Positions 1 through 14,321 of a DNA stretch of 64,000 bases are shown here, one piece after another (position 1 is the stretch's first letter; every line of letters starts with the position of its first letter). Source of the DNA: Adineta vaga (Eukaryota > Animalia > Rotifera); assembly GCA_021613535.1 (NCBI GenBank), contig CP075494.1, forward strand, positions 4,154,001 through 4,218,000. Direction: 5' to 3'. The position numbers and the translations under genes are program-made. The notes beneath the pieces were generated by a model. The model was not told the origin of the DNA and did not search any database. It was given only the letters and a program-made list of their open reading frames with translations.

Positions 1-2
1 TT

Positions 3-473
3 ATCGACCTCGAACCTTTTCTCAAATTAATTCCTTCGTTAGAATCATGTTGTAAAACTATTGAATTCGAATATTTAGAAGTGAATCATACCGGTGAACT
101 AATATTACCATCACTAAACGTTCTTAACTGCTGTACAAAATTAACTATAAAAACAAATTGTTATTCCAAATTTGGTCATTTAAAAGTTTTCTTAAGTCAC
201 TTTCCTGAAGTGAAGGAATTGATAATTGATAATGCACCTGCTGATGATCAATTGACAGCTGATCAGCTTGAAATCTTAGTAAGAAATCATTGATCAAAAC
301 TACTGAAATTTCAATGGATTTATCGTGACGCTTGGTTCGATCATAATGAATTTATGAAAGGATTTTCCCAATCTAAGTTTTGGTCAGAACAAGATGTCGA
401 ATGTTTATCTGTTTGTTCAAGGCGATGCAAACTTCAGTTAGATCGGAGTTCACAAATTATAAATGAATGCTGA
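3..473 (+). pseudogene. 3' part of an F-box/LRR-type protein gene with an internal TGA
   Basis: Frame 3 is open from the window start (IDLEPFLKLIP...). TGA at 291-293 sits in NH*SKLLKFQW, where Trp is plausible. Coding-like sequence continues to TGA 471-473. Confidence 0.45.
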
Positions 474-1581
474 TAATATTGCAATCTCTGTTGCCTTTTT
501 CCATTTTGAAAAGAAATATTTGCATTTATTATAATCAATAATTTCATAAAATTTCCGTCAGTTGACCAATACAAACGTTAGAGTATCTTTGTGAAACAAA
601 CAACTTGAGGGTGGATTTTATATTCATGCCACAAATGAACAAGAGCGATATGAACGTACAATTGAGCTTCTTACACGGGTTAACACTGGTTATGCACAAA
701 AGGTCCAAGAGTTAAAACATACTGACCGTATACTCACCATCAAGAGACTTAGAGGACTGGATGATGATTATTTTCATTAATGAAAACCGTCACTCTGTAT
801 GACAATCCTTTTTTTCTTTCCTTTTTGGCACAGATGCGTCTGGTTTTGACTTTGCTATATTATAAACAAGATAAATTGACAAAAATTAATCGAATAATGT
901 AGAGAGTGTGTGACTGGTGAGGTCGTGGGCATGAGATCATCAATCGACTAATTCGAATAGTTAACAAGCATTGCCATTTGATAGCATCTTTTATAGATCG
1001 GACAATCAAATCGATATAAGAGTTGATGCATATAGAAAAGCCTTGGTCACTTGCCAAAAGGGCAAGAATTCAAAGATTTCTCGAACGATTTCAATAGGTA
1101 ACTGTTCAAATGACTTTGAAGGCATCTTATTTTGACGAAGTAGTTTCAACAAACAGTGCATACTATTAAAACGGTATCAGAGACAATTCTATAGAGAAAA
1201 ATATGATTTTATGTTGGCTATTTCTTTGTTAACTTTAGGCAATAATAAAAAAAGAAGAATTACTATCTATTTAACCATCTGACGCACTTCAAAATGTTTC
1301 ACAGAATTATTTTAAAAAAATGACGTATAATTATGATGGAAATTTATTCTTTATCTAGGAAGTAAGGTGTTAGTAGTTATATTTATTCAACAAAAGATCA
1401 GTAAATATTAACAGTATCATATTAAGACAATAAAGGTATGTTGCTTTCATTGTGAAAAAATTGTGGGAGAGAGCGATACATCTTTCGTCGATCCCATCCG
1501 ACATCTGCTCTCTTCAGATGGTGAAAAAGAACAAGATTCAAGAAAACAAAGGCGATTGAACTTGTTTTATTAGAAAGTAAA

Positions 1582-3208
1582 TTAATGCGATGTATCGATC
1601 ATTGTATTTGTCATAGGTGTCACAGAGGATTTTATTTTATTTTTGCGTACAACGATAGAATGATATAGAAGTCGATAGATCAATTCACATAATTCAATGA
1701 CACTCAAAACACTCAATCCAATCCATCTAAACATATATACAGATGAGGTTGAAGAGAGAAAATTGTCTTACTTACAATCCTGTTTGTCCACCAATTGCAG
1801 AAAAAGTATCATTGAATGTTAATTTAGCTTCTTGATTGTATTCGATAGTATATTTACTACCACATGATATTTGCAGTTTCAAATAATTTCGATCGAAATA
1901 ATAATCAAAACGTTGTCCTATATCGCTGGGAAGTAAAACGCTGATATTTGATGAACTATTTAATATTAATTCTCGCCAATATTCTCGATCACCTTCTGAT
2001 GGAGCTCCTTGTGAACTGATCACTGTTTGAAAATCTATATGTTCACATTGCGATACACATCGTGAACACCATTGTGCCTGAAGATGATCATCGGACAACA
2101 ATTTTTGTTTGGCAAGAATTGCACATGCTAGTTGACTAGTAAATGAATTACAACCGATACTCGAAACAAGAGTATCATCTTGCGTTAGTACTTTTCGAGT
2201 AAAAAATGGAACAGGCAAAATACATGCACATTGAGAATATATATAAGATTGTTGACATAATTCCAGACATAAAGATTCCGAATATACAACATCAATCGAA
2301 GCATTTAGATCAACAAATGTTGATTCATAAAGAGCACGTAGATCATCAGCAACAGTCGTTGTACAATTTGTATAGGGTGCTGATAAAAATGTTGTTTCAC
2401 TTTTTTGGTAAGTTATCTGATGCGATGCACCTGGTCGAACATAAATACCCGATTCGGTAGGTACAGGAAGTTCATCATTAGCATGTAAAGTTATAATAAG
2501 ACCATTATCCCACCATATAGAAGGAAAAAAGAGTTCTTGCGGAACATAAAACATCAACGATAGACCTTCTTGTACAATGAGTGAATCACCAAAATCACTT
2601 ATTGTAAAGACTGATCCTGATGCTTTCCAATTAAATGTAAAACAATTACCCATAATTGGTGATATTGATATTGTAAATACATTTGAACAATCGATTCCAT
2701 TGTAACTGCATTTAAGTAAAATATCACTTAATTGAAAACCAATTGATAACAATTCATCTGTTTGATTTCGACTAAATAAATCAACAATTAATGGAATATT
2801 AAGTGAATTGAGAGTCGTTTGATTAAATGTTGAATTCGGTGATGTTAAACGATAGAAATAAGAAACTAATGATTTATTTATTTGATCGTAACGGTAAGGA
2901 TTTCCACTACAAACAGTGACAGCAGGAAATGGCATATGACGATCGAGTCGAATTTCCACTTTGGTTTGTGTTGGATAAGTATAATATTGTAAGACTGATG
3001 ATATAACAAAATAAAACATGACACCTAATGTGACAGTAAATGCACATATCCAAAAGATTCGATTAAATTGTGAATAAGCACGACCTACACTTCGTAATCC
3101 ATGTGTTGAAGTTGCAATTAAATAATCAATTACAATTGATTGACGACGTTGTTCAATAAAATGTTTTGAATTGGTAGTTGTACCAACGATATCATCCATC
3201 GATTGCAT
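1582..3208 (-). CDS. DEG/ENaC (ASIC-like) ion channel subunit, 2 exons
   Basis: STHG pre-TM1 motif, TM1, FPAVTVC, GNCFTFN and a Cys-rich thumb. A 49-nt GT-AG intron (1727-1775) joins IGGQTGL to WIGLSVLSVIE (TM2). Stop at 1582-1584. Confidence 0.92.
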
Positions 3209-3589
3209 ATTTAAAAATGAATATTTAAACTCTTTCAATTATTAAAAGTATTCATTCAAAGGAAGTTACCATAATGACATGTTCAATTTACTTTCACTTC
3301 TTTTGAAAAAAAATGAAATTCTACCCTCTTTTTCAGAATGATATTGACTAGATGTCATGTCTAATTAATGAAAATGGCAAGAAAAGGTTCAAATAAATTT
3401 ATTTCTTCATATATTATCTGATTCGTAGCTATATACAACCATACAATTATATGAGCAAAATCAATTACATTAGAAAAGGTGTTTCTTAGAAACATCCAGG
3501 AATCGTTCACTAGACATCTTGTCGATGTAATAAGTGCCTACAGTGTTCGAGTTTATTTGATCATATCTGGAAACTGAAGAATATTATTA

Positions 3590-5075
3590 TGTAGCCCTTT
3601 CAGGATGGGTGGTAGAGACGTGCATCAGAGTTATTTCGGAATCGACGTTGAGATCAACTAAATTTTTTGCCTATAGCACATTTTTAACATTAGAAATTTT
3701 TTGGGTTGAAACTTTTGTTCCCTGATGTTTTTGTACACAGAGGTATATTATGTATTGATGGTTGGAACTAACTGTCTCTGCGTTAAAGTATGCTCATTCT
3801 AGTGATACATACCTAACGTTACTTGCGTAATCAAGCTCTATTCTCCCTCTTTTCCGATCTGCATTAAACTATCGGACTGTATTATTCTGATTTAGTCTCT
3901 TTTAAATGTCATTTTCCCCCCATACACACGTATATGTCCCCGTTTTGGATCCGAGAAGTCGTAGGTCAACTACTGATAAACGATCATAACAACGATCTTT
4001 CAACAGATATCCATGATCGAATTGCAATGTGGGTTTATATATTTGAAATTGGTTTAGAGAAAATCATACGTTAGAAGTATATTCTTTCAACTTCAATGAA
4101 AGATAGAATCAATTAACTCTTGAAAATTTATTGTCCTTTTTTTGTTTCAGAAAAAGATTCCCATCCTGAAAAAGTTAAGAAAAAGATGAAGGCGTCTTTG
4201 GTCTCAATTCTGATTAAAGACGTTTTATAGCCTGAAAATTTCGCTTCTTAGAATTCTTGGAAAAACAGATTGGTAAGAAAGAGTAGACAAAATTGCATGT
4301 ACAATATAAGTTTCAAAGTGGATCCAAGATCTGTTGTGACATTGCAGAATAAGGACTTTCAGTGAACAAGTATAAGTTTGAAATCGGACTCTGTAACAAG
4401 GTATTATCAAATCCAAAAGAATAATGTCTCTTCAAACTAGTTTCTGATTTGGATAGAGCAAGAAAAAGTAGGCTATATAAAAGTCATTTAATTATTTAAA
4501 ATATAATATTTGTAAAGACTGCTAGGATCAAGAACTGTCTATTTCCTTTAAAAAGCCTGTAACAACTCAAATCAGTAGTCGTAATATTTTTCTTATTGCT
4601 CGGACAAAATTCAATAAAAGTATGGTATTCATGATCGGCGTGACGAGTTCTATGAAATTAAATACAAAACTTTGAAATTGAAGAAAAAAAAGTTTTTTTT
4701 TCGATTCCTGGAAATATTCAGGCAGAACAAGTTTGAAGTCAAATTTCAAAGTTTCGACCCAACAGAAAAGTCAGAAAGATATTCCTATAAACTTGCAATA
4801 GTCCTTGGTTTCAATCTCGTGAAATGCATGTTATCCGATACAAATTTTGATGCTGATCCCAAACATGATATGATTTTTCCGGGAAAACGAACTTTTCACG
4901 ACTAAACAATCTATAATTTGGACATATTTTTCCGTAGATATAAATAATATTTTAATTTTTTTGACAACCTTCCAATCTTTTAAAAACATAAATAATATAT
5001 TGCACTCTGACTTCAAAATTGTATTTGATTTCAATCAGGTGACGTGGTCGACCTGATCATACTCAAACCCGCAAT
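3590..5075. mobile_element. Probable degenerate non-autonomous DNA-transposon remnant(s)
   Basis: Non-coding stretch with MITE-like sequence texture and only spurious ORFs. Termini not resolved. Confidence 0.25.
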
Positions 5076-5099
5076 GATTATATTTAATCAAAATATTAT

Positions 5100-7197
5100 T
5101 CACAGCAATAAAGGAAAATAGAGATAATAGTCTTTGGAATGTACCATTGCCATTTTGCGATCAAAAATAATGTTTCAATTTGGCACAATTCATACGCGTT
5201 GCAATTCTGGTAAAATTTTCTGTTATACTTGCAAGATGACCGTATGAAATATAAATCTTGTTCAAACATGGTAAATATGCATTCGAATCGACTAGAAATT
5301 GTTCCACGTAGTCGATATGTACATTGCAATATTCAAGTTCGACCAGATGAGAAAATTCAATAATCGAAGGTTTATCTACATGTTTCTCTTTTTGTTCGTT
5401 GCCATTGGAAATAATCAGACGACTGAGTAACGGAAAAGAACGTGAAATTTGAGCAAAAAAGCTATGTTCAAATGGATGTAGCCAATCCTTTAGACGCAGG
5501 ACACGAATATTAATGAACATACCACCAGGAAAATTGTGTGTTATGGGACAGATACGTTCCAGTGGGAATGCAAGTGAATAAACATGACATCGAACTGAAG
5601 GATGAAATCCATAATCGATATAACAATCAACATCATATCCACTTTGCTTGAATCCATGTCGAATATCATCAGGTGTTGGTTTAGGATGTTCTTGATCAAT
5701 TCTGACACATTCATTAACAATATCGAAGTGAAATGTATGTAAACGTGGCATTTGACTGAGTATATAATTGTTCAAATAAGTACCATCAATGATAGAACCT
5801 TTTCCAGCAACACGAAGAGACAAAGTGAGTTGTTCCAAATGTGTCATTCGACGAAGGAGAGGTACCACTAGACTGTCAAATTCAGCTGTTCTATGATATG
5901 CATGTATGGAAAAACATTTGAGTTGAATTAAATTAGTCTATAAAAAACAGATGTTGTTATTGATTCAATAATAGATTGAATCGATATATCAAATTAAAAA
6001 AAACACGATTAATTTGAAGATATTCTTATACTCTTTCGACAAATGACGATCAGAGGTTTCGTTTTTATTTTACCAAATACCTCAAAAGCAGAGTGAACTA
6101 TTTTGATAGTTATCAGTACCATCTGGATCAGTTAGAATGGTTTCTCTCGACAGATATGCAACTAATTTCATAATGAATAAATCATGACTTAACAACAAAT
6201 CAAGAATGTGTAAGATTCTTTATGAATCTGCGTTCATCTAATCTTTCTATATTCTTAATAACTCTCTTTAGAGATAATTAATTCAACAGTTCTAGTCGAA
6301 AATGAAAAAAAAACATTCCTATCGGATCGAATACAGTTATTTACCATATTATCCATGATTTTCAATGAATGACGGATAATTCGTTGCGAACGTAATCTGA
6401 TCTGTACAGGATTATGAACATAAGTAAGAATGATAATTGATGTCTTTAATTGACTAAGACGACCGTCAAGTAAATAAATACAATCATCGATATTCTGCAT
6501 TTTAATGCGCAAATGAACAATACTCGACGAATAACATATTGGAGATGATAAACTAGTTAACAACGGTCCAGAAAACACATAAGTGTCACTAGTATCTATA
6601 TCCAAATATTTGAGATTTGTAAATAAGACAAAAATACGATTATAAGTGTCTGCGAATAGCTTTACATTTAATTGACCCAGAATATCAGAATCAATCGTTA
6701 AAACTATATCTGAAATTTGCTGCTTTAAAACCTGAATGAATGGAGTTTTTTCTAAAAACAGAGAATAAACAGAAAGGATTGTTTTACTTCTTTGACATCT
6801 ATGAATGAAATTAGATACCATTAAAGATTTGACAAGCCATACTCATTTCAAGATTAATCATAACAAGCTTGCGCAAACCAACATAGTTAGTAGAATGAAG
6901 GACACGTGGTAAGAAATATCCATGAAGAGTTAGAGATTCCACGTTACAGCGAATTCGAGGTAATATTTCCTTACAAAATCGATTCAGGATTGGATTGAAT
7001 TTCAAATCAATCATTCCATTTGGTTCGATTGTCATTAGGTCGACAAATCGGGTGAAACTTATATCACATGCCAGTCGATTGAGTTTCTCATTAACACCAA
7101 CCATAGAATATATAACATCGAAATTGTTGAGTTTTTTCAAAATATATAGCAAAATTTCGTTCGGTAGATCAACAATATTAACATTTGACTGATTCAT
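5100..7197 (-). pseudogene. F-box protein gene (bdelloid-expanded type), 3 exons, terminal frameshift
   Basis: N-terminal F-box (DLPNEILLYILKKL), exons ~7197-6818, ~6750-6345 and ~5936-5100. An apparent 2-nt deletion at ~5172 displaces the family-like C-terminus IIFDRKMAMVHSKDYYLYFPLLL*. Confidence 0.8.
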
Positions 7198-8049
7198 ATT
7201 CGTTCTGATTCATCATTCTTTCAACTGCTAAATATATATATAGCTGCGTTTCGTCGATATTCATGTATCACTTTTTCGACGTCTGCCAGAATCGGCATAA
7301 AGATATGTTAACGTTCGGTCAATCTGGTTCAATAATGGACAAGATTCATTTTGTTCGTTTACTCACATAAGATTAGAGGTTAAATAGATTGAAAAAAAAT
7401 AAAGTCGAATTAAGTAATGTGATTGGTGTTTTCATGTGACAACACCAATCACATTTCTCAATTTAGCTTTGTTTTTGATAGTCTGTTTAGAGTCTTACTC
7501 ACAATAAAAATTAAAAATGAATAATGAACCCTCGTGTGCATACCATTGATCACTGCAATTGAAATTGAAGAAGCGAAAAGTATCTTTCGGATTAGTTTTT
7601 GGTCTATTTCCCTTCTTTTCATTGAAATTTTAAACGACGGATGTCTGAGAACACTGTCGTCTGTATTTAGTTCCAGTGACGAATCTAGAGTTTTTATGAT
7701 GGAGAGGATCATACTGAAAAAAAAAATATAGTTTAAAGTCTTATTGGAGAAGTATCGGATACATAACGAAAAATAAACAATGAACTTATAACAAGTTTTG
7801 ATTTACTTTTAAAAATATTCGATTTTGAAAATATTCTTCTCTCATATTTGATCGTCGTGGTGATAGAATCAAGCCTGCATATGAGAATACTCGTTCTATA
7901 GGAGCTGATATATGAATGACTATGACTAATTTCATTGGTAATTATGAACAATATGCTTCAATAACTATCATAATAACATATGTGTATTGCAAATATTAAT
8001 ACAATGCTTTTTAGTGTAATGGTTTATGATGTTGTTCGTTTGCGTACAA

Positions 8050-8160
8050 ATGTACTGCAGTACCAGTACTGAGTGCAAATATACTCAAGTAATTGTACTT
8101 GAGTAAAAGTCCAAAGTACAACTTTGAAAGTACAAGTATGTTTACTCATACTTGCTTTCG
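8050..8160. repeat. Short palindromic TACTCAAGTA/TACTTGAGTA repeats, possible MITE subterminal remnant
   Basis: Hairpin tactcaagta-attg-tacttgagta near 8082-8105, among several AGTAC repeats. Confidence 0.35.
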
Positions 8161-9859
8161 ATCTCTGCACGTCTTATTCTCGCTATTTTTTAAATATGTT
8201 CTCCTGTTACTTGCTCCTGCTCTGTCTGTCTATTGATGGAAAGTGTTATTCTCTCTCTTTGGTCTTTTCAAATAGACGAAAGAATGTTTCGTCTCACCAA
8301 TATCAGTAACTTCAACGGGATACAGAAGAGAGAAAGAAAGGAATCAATATAAACGTGTTAGAATGCAATCGAAGGAGGAACAAAGAGAACATTTTTATCG
8401 TAGGAGAAAAAACAGCTTTTGAGAACGAAAATTTCAAAGTATAATATCTACTAAAAAACTTGCTTTCTTCATTTAAAAAGAAAATTTTATTATTAAGTTT
8501 AAAGAGAAAGATATGTACCCATTTCTGGCAATTAAGTGACTACTACTTGCACCAACTTTCCCGCTGCTAAATGGTTTTTCTTTTTAATATTTTTTTATTA
8601 AGCTTGATGTTGGGATATAATATGAATAAAACTAAATCTCGGACATTTTTTTTATGGAGAAAAATCAATACTTTTAATTGGAGAAAGAATATTCTCAACA
8701 AATACTGATCATCTTATTGATTACCTCAAATAAATACTATTTGTTTTCTTATCTCCATTTTACTTTTTCCGATTCTAATGTAATTTGTCTTTTAGTAAAG
8801 GCTGAGAGCAAAGAGCTTTTTCCATCCCCTTGCTCTAACAAAATGTTAATTAACAATAGCAATATTTCTAAAAAACGAATAATCATTCAGATGAATGATG
8901 GTTTTTTTTTCGTATGTCTATGTTACGTGTTTTATCGGTGGTGCGATGCATACTATCTTGAAAATTTCAAATTCTAAAAATATGTCTTTTTGTTAAATTG
9001 TATTTGCAAAAAAAGCGAGAACGTTAATTCTTTCATAATTTGATGTTTTGTGAAAACCTCAGGTTTTGTTCATTGAATAATTGACATTGAGTACGCTGTT
9101 ATCAAGCCAGTTAAGGTTAAACATTTCAAGATTACCTTTGTTACTAGGCAAACTATCAGACTATGATGAAATTTTGGTTATAAGAATAACAATTATCGAA
9201 CTACTGAGATCCTTTTTTCTTCGTTAAAACTTTCTCTCATATAAAGAAAATAATATTGAATAACTTCTCACTATTTTAAATGTAATAGATGACAAAAAAG
9301 TTCATGACAATAAATCGATCATCCTATTTATTGTAACAAAACGTTTTCGATAAAATTTCAGATCACCATAACGACTAAATTCAATGGATATTTAAGCACG
9401 GATTTGCTAGATGAACAATCATGTAGATTTTATTTTAGATTTTACATATACAACTCATTTTCGACAAAAGAATTAACTTAATCGTGTTATATTTATTTCT
9501 CCTATTATGATGAATTTTATTGTCATATATTTAAAGCACATAATCGTGTCTCGTTGTAATTTCAATTTGTGTTTCAAGGATTAGCTGTTGGTTGAGTACG
9601 CATTGATATTTATCGGTGAAAAACAAATTTCGATAAATAAATCTACAATATTTCTTAAAACGTCGACTTGAGTTGTCAATATTATCTTGCTAGCGATCAA
9701 TAACACTTGTCTTTGGTGAGTTATTTCCGTTCTTTTTTTCATTGAAATGAAAACACACGTGCTCAGGTAATTCGAGTAGGACGACGCTCCTTTATTATGA
9801 TTATAAATGATCGATCAAAACGTTAATCAATACATTATTTATTGTGTAGACGTCGTTCG

Positions 9860-10323
9860 ATGGCAGAACGTTTTCTTACACATATTGGCTATGTTGTTAA
9901 TATAAGAGGTAAATAAATCAAGTATCTATTGATAATATATAATAATCGTTTTAAATATTCAAATTAGAAAATATTATGAATCGCCTGAAGGATTTACATC
10001 CAAGGAAAAAACGATTCTATCCAGATGAATTTACTTCATGGGGTGTGTTCATTTTACTAATGGAATGCATTGGCACCATCTACGATTTAATAATGACAAT
10101 ACCAATTTATATATTAAATACTTTTTTCAACTTAAATCCTTTCTCATGTGCATCACTTTGTATGGGTGCAACTAGTATTGCAATTTCTGTTGGAATTGGA
10201 TTAGGTGTTGGACTCGGTGTTGGATTAAATTGTTCGAAAGCGTCGAATTTTTTGTTGAACACTACAAATATAACTGACACCACTACAATAGAGAGTTCTA
10301 CATCCTATTTGGATGATCTATGA
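9860..10323 (+). CDS. Small membrane protein with a glycine-zipper TM segment, 2 exons
   Basis: ATG 9860, phase-1 intron 9909-9967, TM segment SIAISVGIGLGVGLGVGL, Ser/Thr-rich tail. Confidence 0.7.
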
Positions 10324-10524
10324 TTAACAAACAGATTAACATTAAAATATACTTTTAAATTTGAATTGCAACTGACAAATAAACAATCTGTGTCTGAAAG
10401 CTCTTCCTCTAAATTATTATTTTCGTTATATTTTCTTTTTATTTCTTCAAAAAATAACCATTACATAATTTCAGATCTTTACACAAAAAATAAAATCTAA
10501 CCGATAAATAGAACTAAAATCGTT

Positions 10525-10802
10525 TCATGAACATCCAACTCCCGCTCCCACTCCAACTCCAACTGCAATACTTGTAATGGCAAGTGTCGCAGATATGGCA
10601 AAACAGAAACAACATGTCATATTTCCCAGATTACCCTGAATTATATTTTGAATAGCATCAAAAAGATCTTCCGTTGTTCCTAGTGCTTCTGTAAAATTAT
10701 TGCGTGTTCTTTAATACCATCCACCCATTGAAGAGACTGTTGAAAATATGACGGTATACGAATTGGTTGATTGTAGTTTATACCATCTACTGTTCTATTC
10801 AT
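10525..10802 (-). pseudogene. Convergent paralog of the glycine-zipper protein with an in-frame TAA
   Basis: Spliced translation MNRTVDVSSMGGWY*RTRNNFTEALGTTEDLF...TSIAVGVGVGAGVGCS*. Premature TAA at 10711-10713. Absent from the ORF track. Confidence 0.6.
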
Positions 10803-11634
10803 TATTTTTCCTCAAGCGTTGAAATAATATGCTTATCGAATATCAAAATTGAATCTACTAGGGATTTCTTACATATTTATTAGACGTAAAAAAAGAGGAA
10901 GTAGAAATGATAATCATGGTTTGGATTAGCCAGCGACTAGGTAAAGAAGGAGTACTCGATTATGAATATGCTGTTCTCTTTGTAGTCACATACTTTTGAC
11001 TAAGTCATTGTATATACGCCTGAGTTATCACAAAGGTATACACACATCAAGTTGGAAAAAAATCTGCTTATTTTGATAAACAAATACATTCTGTTTTTCA
11101 CTCATCTTGCGATACTTAAAATCATTCACGACGGTTGTATATGTGAATGAGGGACGGAACAATTACCTATAAAAACAATATTTTTACAAACAAGTGTCCA
11201 ATACTTCCGTCTCTATTATCTATTTTTCTTCGTTTCGATAGTTGTAGTCTGTTGATGATTATATTTAAAAGCATTTAAACCATATCAGTTCTGGTTAATT
11301 CTGAGAGTATTACTATATCAACTGATTCTTTTCGAGCATTAAACTCAATATCTAGTAGATTTCTTTTCATAATAGTTTAAAAGAAATGCAAATTCGTGTA
11401 CTCTATTGATGCATATATAATAATAATAATTATAGACATTCATGTCAGAAAGAAAAAAGAATGACACTATATGCAAAGAATGAATGAGTCATGTTTATTC
11501 TATTTCATAATTGAAACTGGAAAAAACCAGCTGAACAGAAGCATCCATATAAATTTAAAATGATTGTTAAGAATTTCTCAGGATAAATACAATTCCCGTC
11601 ATATCGGTACTATTATTAATATCAAAGAACAAAA

Positions 11635-14321
11635 ATGAATGATGACATGAAAGAAAATATTGTCTTAAAACGAACTAGACAAGCCGATTTCAATGTTAAA
11701 CATGACTTATCATTAACAAGAACCAATTGCGAACAGTTAACACTCGTGTGGTTAAATAGTCATACATGCTTACTAATGAATCTTATATTGATGATATTCA
11801 TTTAACAAAAGAAATCTTACGTAAATTTAATGATTATGTCGTTATGTTTGATAAAGAATCGGAATGTCTTACTTATATCAATTCAATTGAAAATGAAACA
11901 ATTCTTTTAATTGTAGCTGGTTCATGTGCAACAACCCATCTTCTCGTTGCATTACATACATTACAACAAGTTGATTGAATTCTTATTTTCTGTCAGAATA
12001 AAATCAAGTATGAAGAACTTTTAAAGAAAGATTATTATAAACTTATGGGTATATTTAATGAACAAATAAGTCTTGCATTGAGTATTAAACTTGCTATCGA
12101 ACTTGTCGATAGACAATCGACTATATTTTCTCTATACAAAATGCGGATAAACAAAAATCAATGCGTGATTTAAGTCGAGAAGTTGGCTCATTTATCTTTC
12201 TTCAACTTGTTAAACAAGTTATTAAACAAATGTTAATCAAGAATGATTCAACTGAGGAAAGTAAACAAGAAATGATCGATAAATGTCGTTTATATTATAG
12301 ACGAAATCCGAATGAATTGAAAAAAATTGATGAATTTGAAAAATATTATACACCTGATCAAGCTATTAAATGGTATACTCGAGATTCATTCATATATAAA
12401 CTGGTTAATAAAGCTTTACGAACCGAAGATATTGATGCATTGTATACATATCGATTTTATATTGTTGATCTTTGCACATGTTTAGCCGAGAATTGTCGAA
12501 TATTACGAGAACTCTCATCACATGTCCGTGTCTTTCGAGGTATGAAAATGTCCAAAGGTGGACTTCAACAATTTCAAGAAAGTATTGGTCATCACATTTT
12601 TGTCAATGGTTATTTTTCCACAAGTCGACAAAGATCCGTAGCTGAAATATATGCAGGAATAAAGGAACAAAATCATTTAGCATCAACTTCAAATATTTTG
12701 GAACCTGTCATATTTGTTATTGATATGGATTTAGATGCTTATCCTGATATAGTCCTTGCAGATGTAAGACATCTTAGTTCGTTTAACGACGAAGAGGAAG
12801 TACTTTTCGATCTTGGTACTGTATTTGAAATGAAATCCTTTGATTATGATGCTGAAAATTGTTATTGGATATGCCATATGAAAGCAAGTGATAAAGGTGG
12901 TGTTATAGCCAAAGAGTATCTTGATTTCAAACAGGCTGAATTGAATAAATCAGTGGATATAGAAATTGTATTTAGTGATTTATTACATGATATGGGTGAA
13001 TGGTTGAAATCTATTGCCTATTTTCAACGACTTGTTCTTCGTCGAACTCATGATCCACAACTTCATCTTGGTATTGCACGATCATATGATTCACTCAATA
13101 GAACTGATCTAGCTTTATCACATTTAAAACAAGCATATAGTTTAGCTATGGAAACTAATAATCAATGGCGTTCACTTGCAGCTAAAATTTGTCACTATAC
13201 TTGTCGAGTCTGTTATTCATGCAATAATTTTGTCGATGCTCTCGATTATAATAAGAAAGAACTTGGGTTATAGTATCAAGCTGGTGAAAAAGAAATTCAA
13301 GCAGGTATTGCGCTGACATTGGTCAGTGCTTGTTTGATATATTTCTTGAAATGTGAACCGGATATAAGTTTAGAATATATTCAACAAACGTTGCAAATTT
13401 TCGACAAGATATATTCATTTGATCGTCCTATTTGATCATCCTGATAAAATTACTTCATTTTGTTATATGTCACATTCATTGTATCTTAAAGGAGAATATG
13501 CAAACGCATTGAAATATATTCTTGATGGCATGACAATGCATGAAAAAATTCTTCCCAAAGATCACCCACAACTTTCGGTTGATATTACTTGTATTGGTAA
13601 ACTATTATACAAACAAGGAAAGCATGCTGAAGCTCTTCAACGACTTCGTTATGCAGCCGACACATACGGAAGACGTATGACAGACAATAATCGAACATAT
13701 GCCGTTATTCTTAATAATATAGGCAAAACGCTCTATCGATTGAATAGATTGGATGAATCTTGTACATATTACACTAAGGCGTTACAGTTTATTAAAAATC
13801 TATATTCAACAACATCATTAGATCATGCTGATTTAGCATATACATGGAAAAATATAGGTGAAATTCATATGGCAAGAAATGAGGCTACTGTAGCACTGGT
13901 ATTGTTTGAAAAAGCTCGAGATATGTATAGACGTTTGTTTTCTCTTCATGGTGACCATCGTGATATTGCCAAATGTTGGTATCTTATAGCCCAGACTCAT
14001 GTTATACTAGAGAATGATGCTGATGCATCGAATGCATTTGAAACTGCAATGCGGATGTGGAAAAACAAATTATCGAAATATCATCCTGATATGGCACTTT
14101 GCCATCGAGCAATGGGTGAATTTTATGCAGGTAGAGGAAATAATGTCAAGCAAGCAATTGAACATTTTCATGCAGCACTATTCATCTATGAAATGCAATT
14201 GGAAATAAACTGTATAGAACTACAATTCATACGAAACAAACTGACCGATCTCAGAAATCAACAAAAGAAAGACGTTTTTAAGAAATTAATTCATATTTCA
14301 GTTGAAAACTGGAGGAAATAA
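11635..14321 (+). pseudogene. ADP-ribosyltransferase (R-S-E type) plus TPR-repeat protein, disrupted
   Basis: WYTRDSFIYKLVNKALR, VFRG, FSTS, DEEEVLF, then TPR repeats. Frameshifts at ~11765, ~12140 and ~13420. Stops at 11976 and 13271. Confidence 0.88.
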
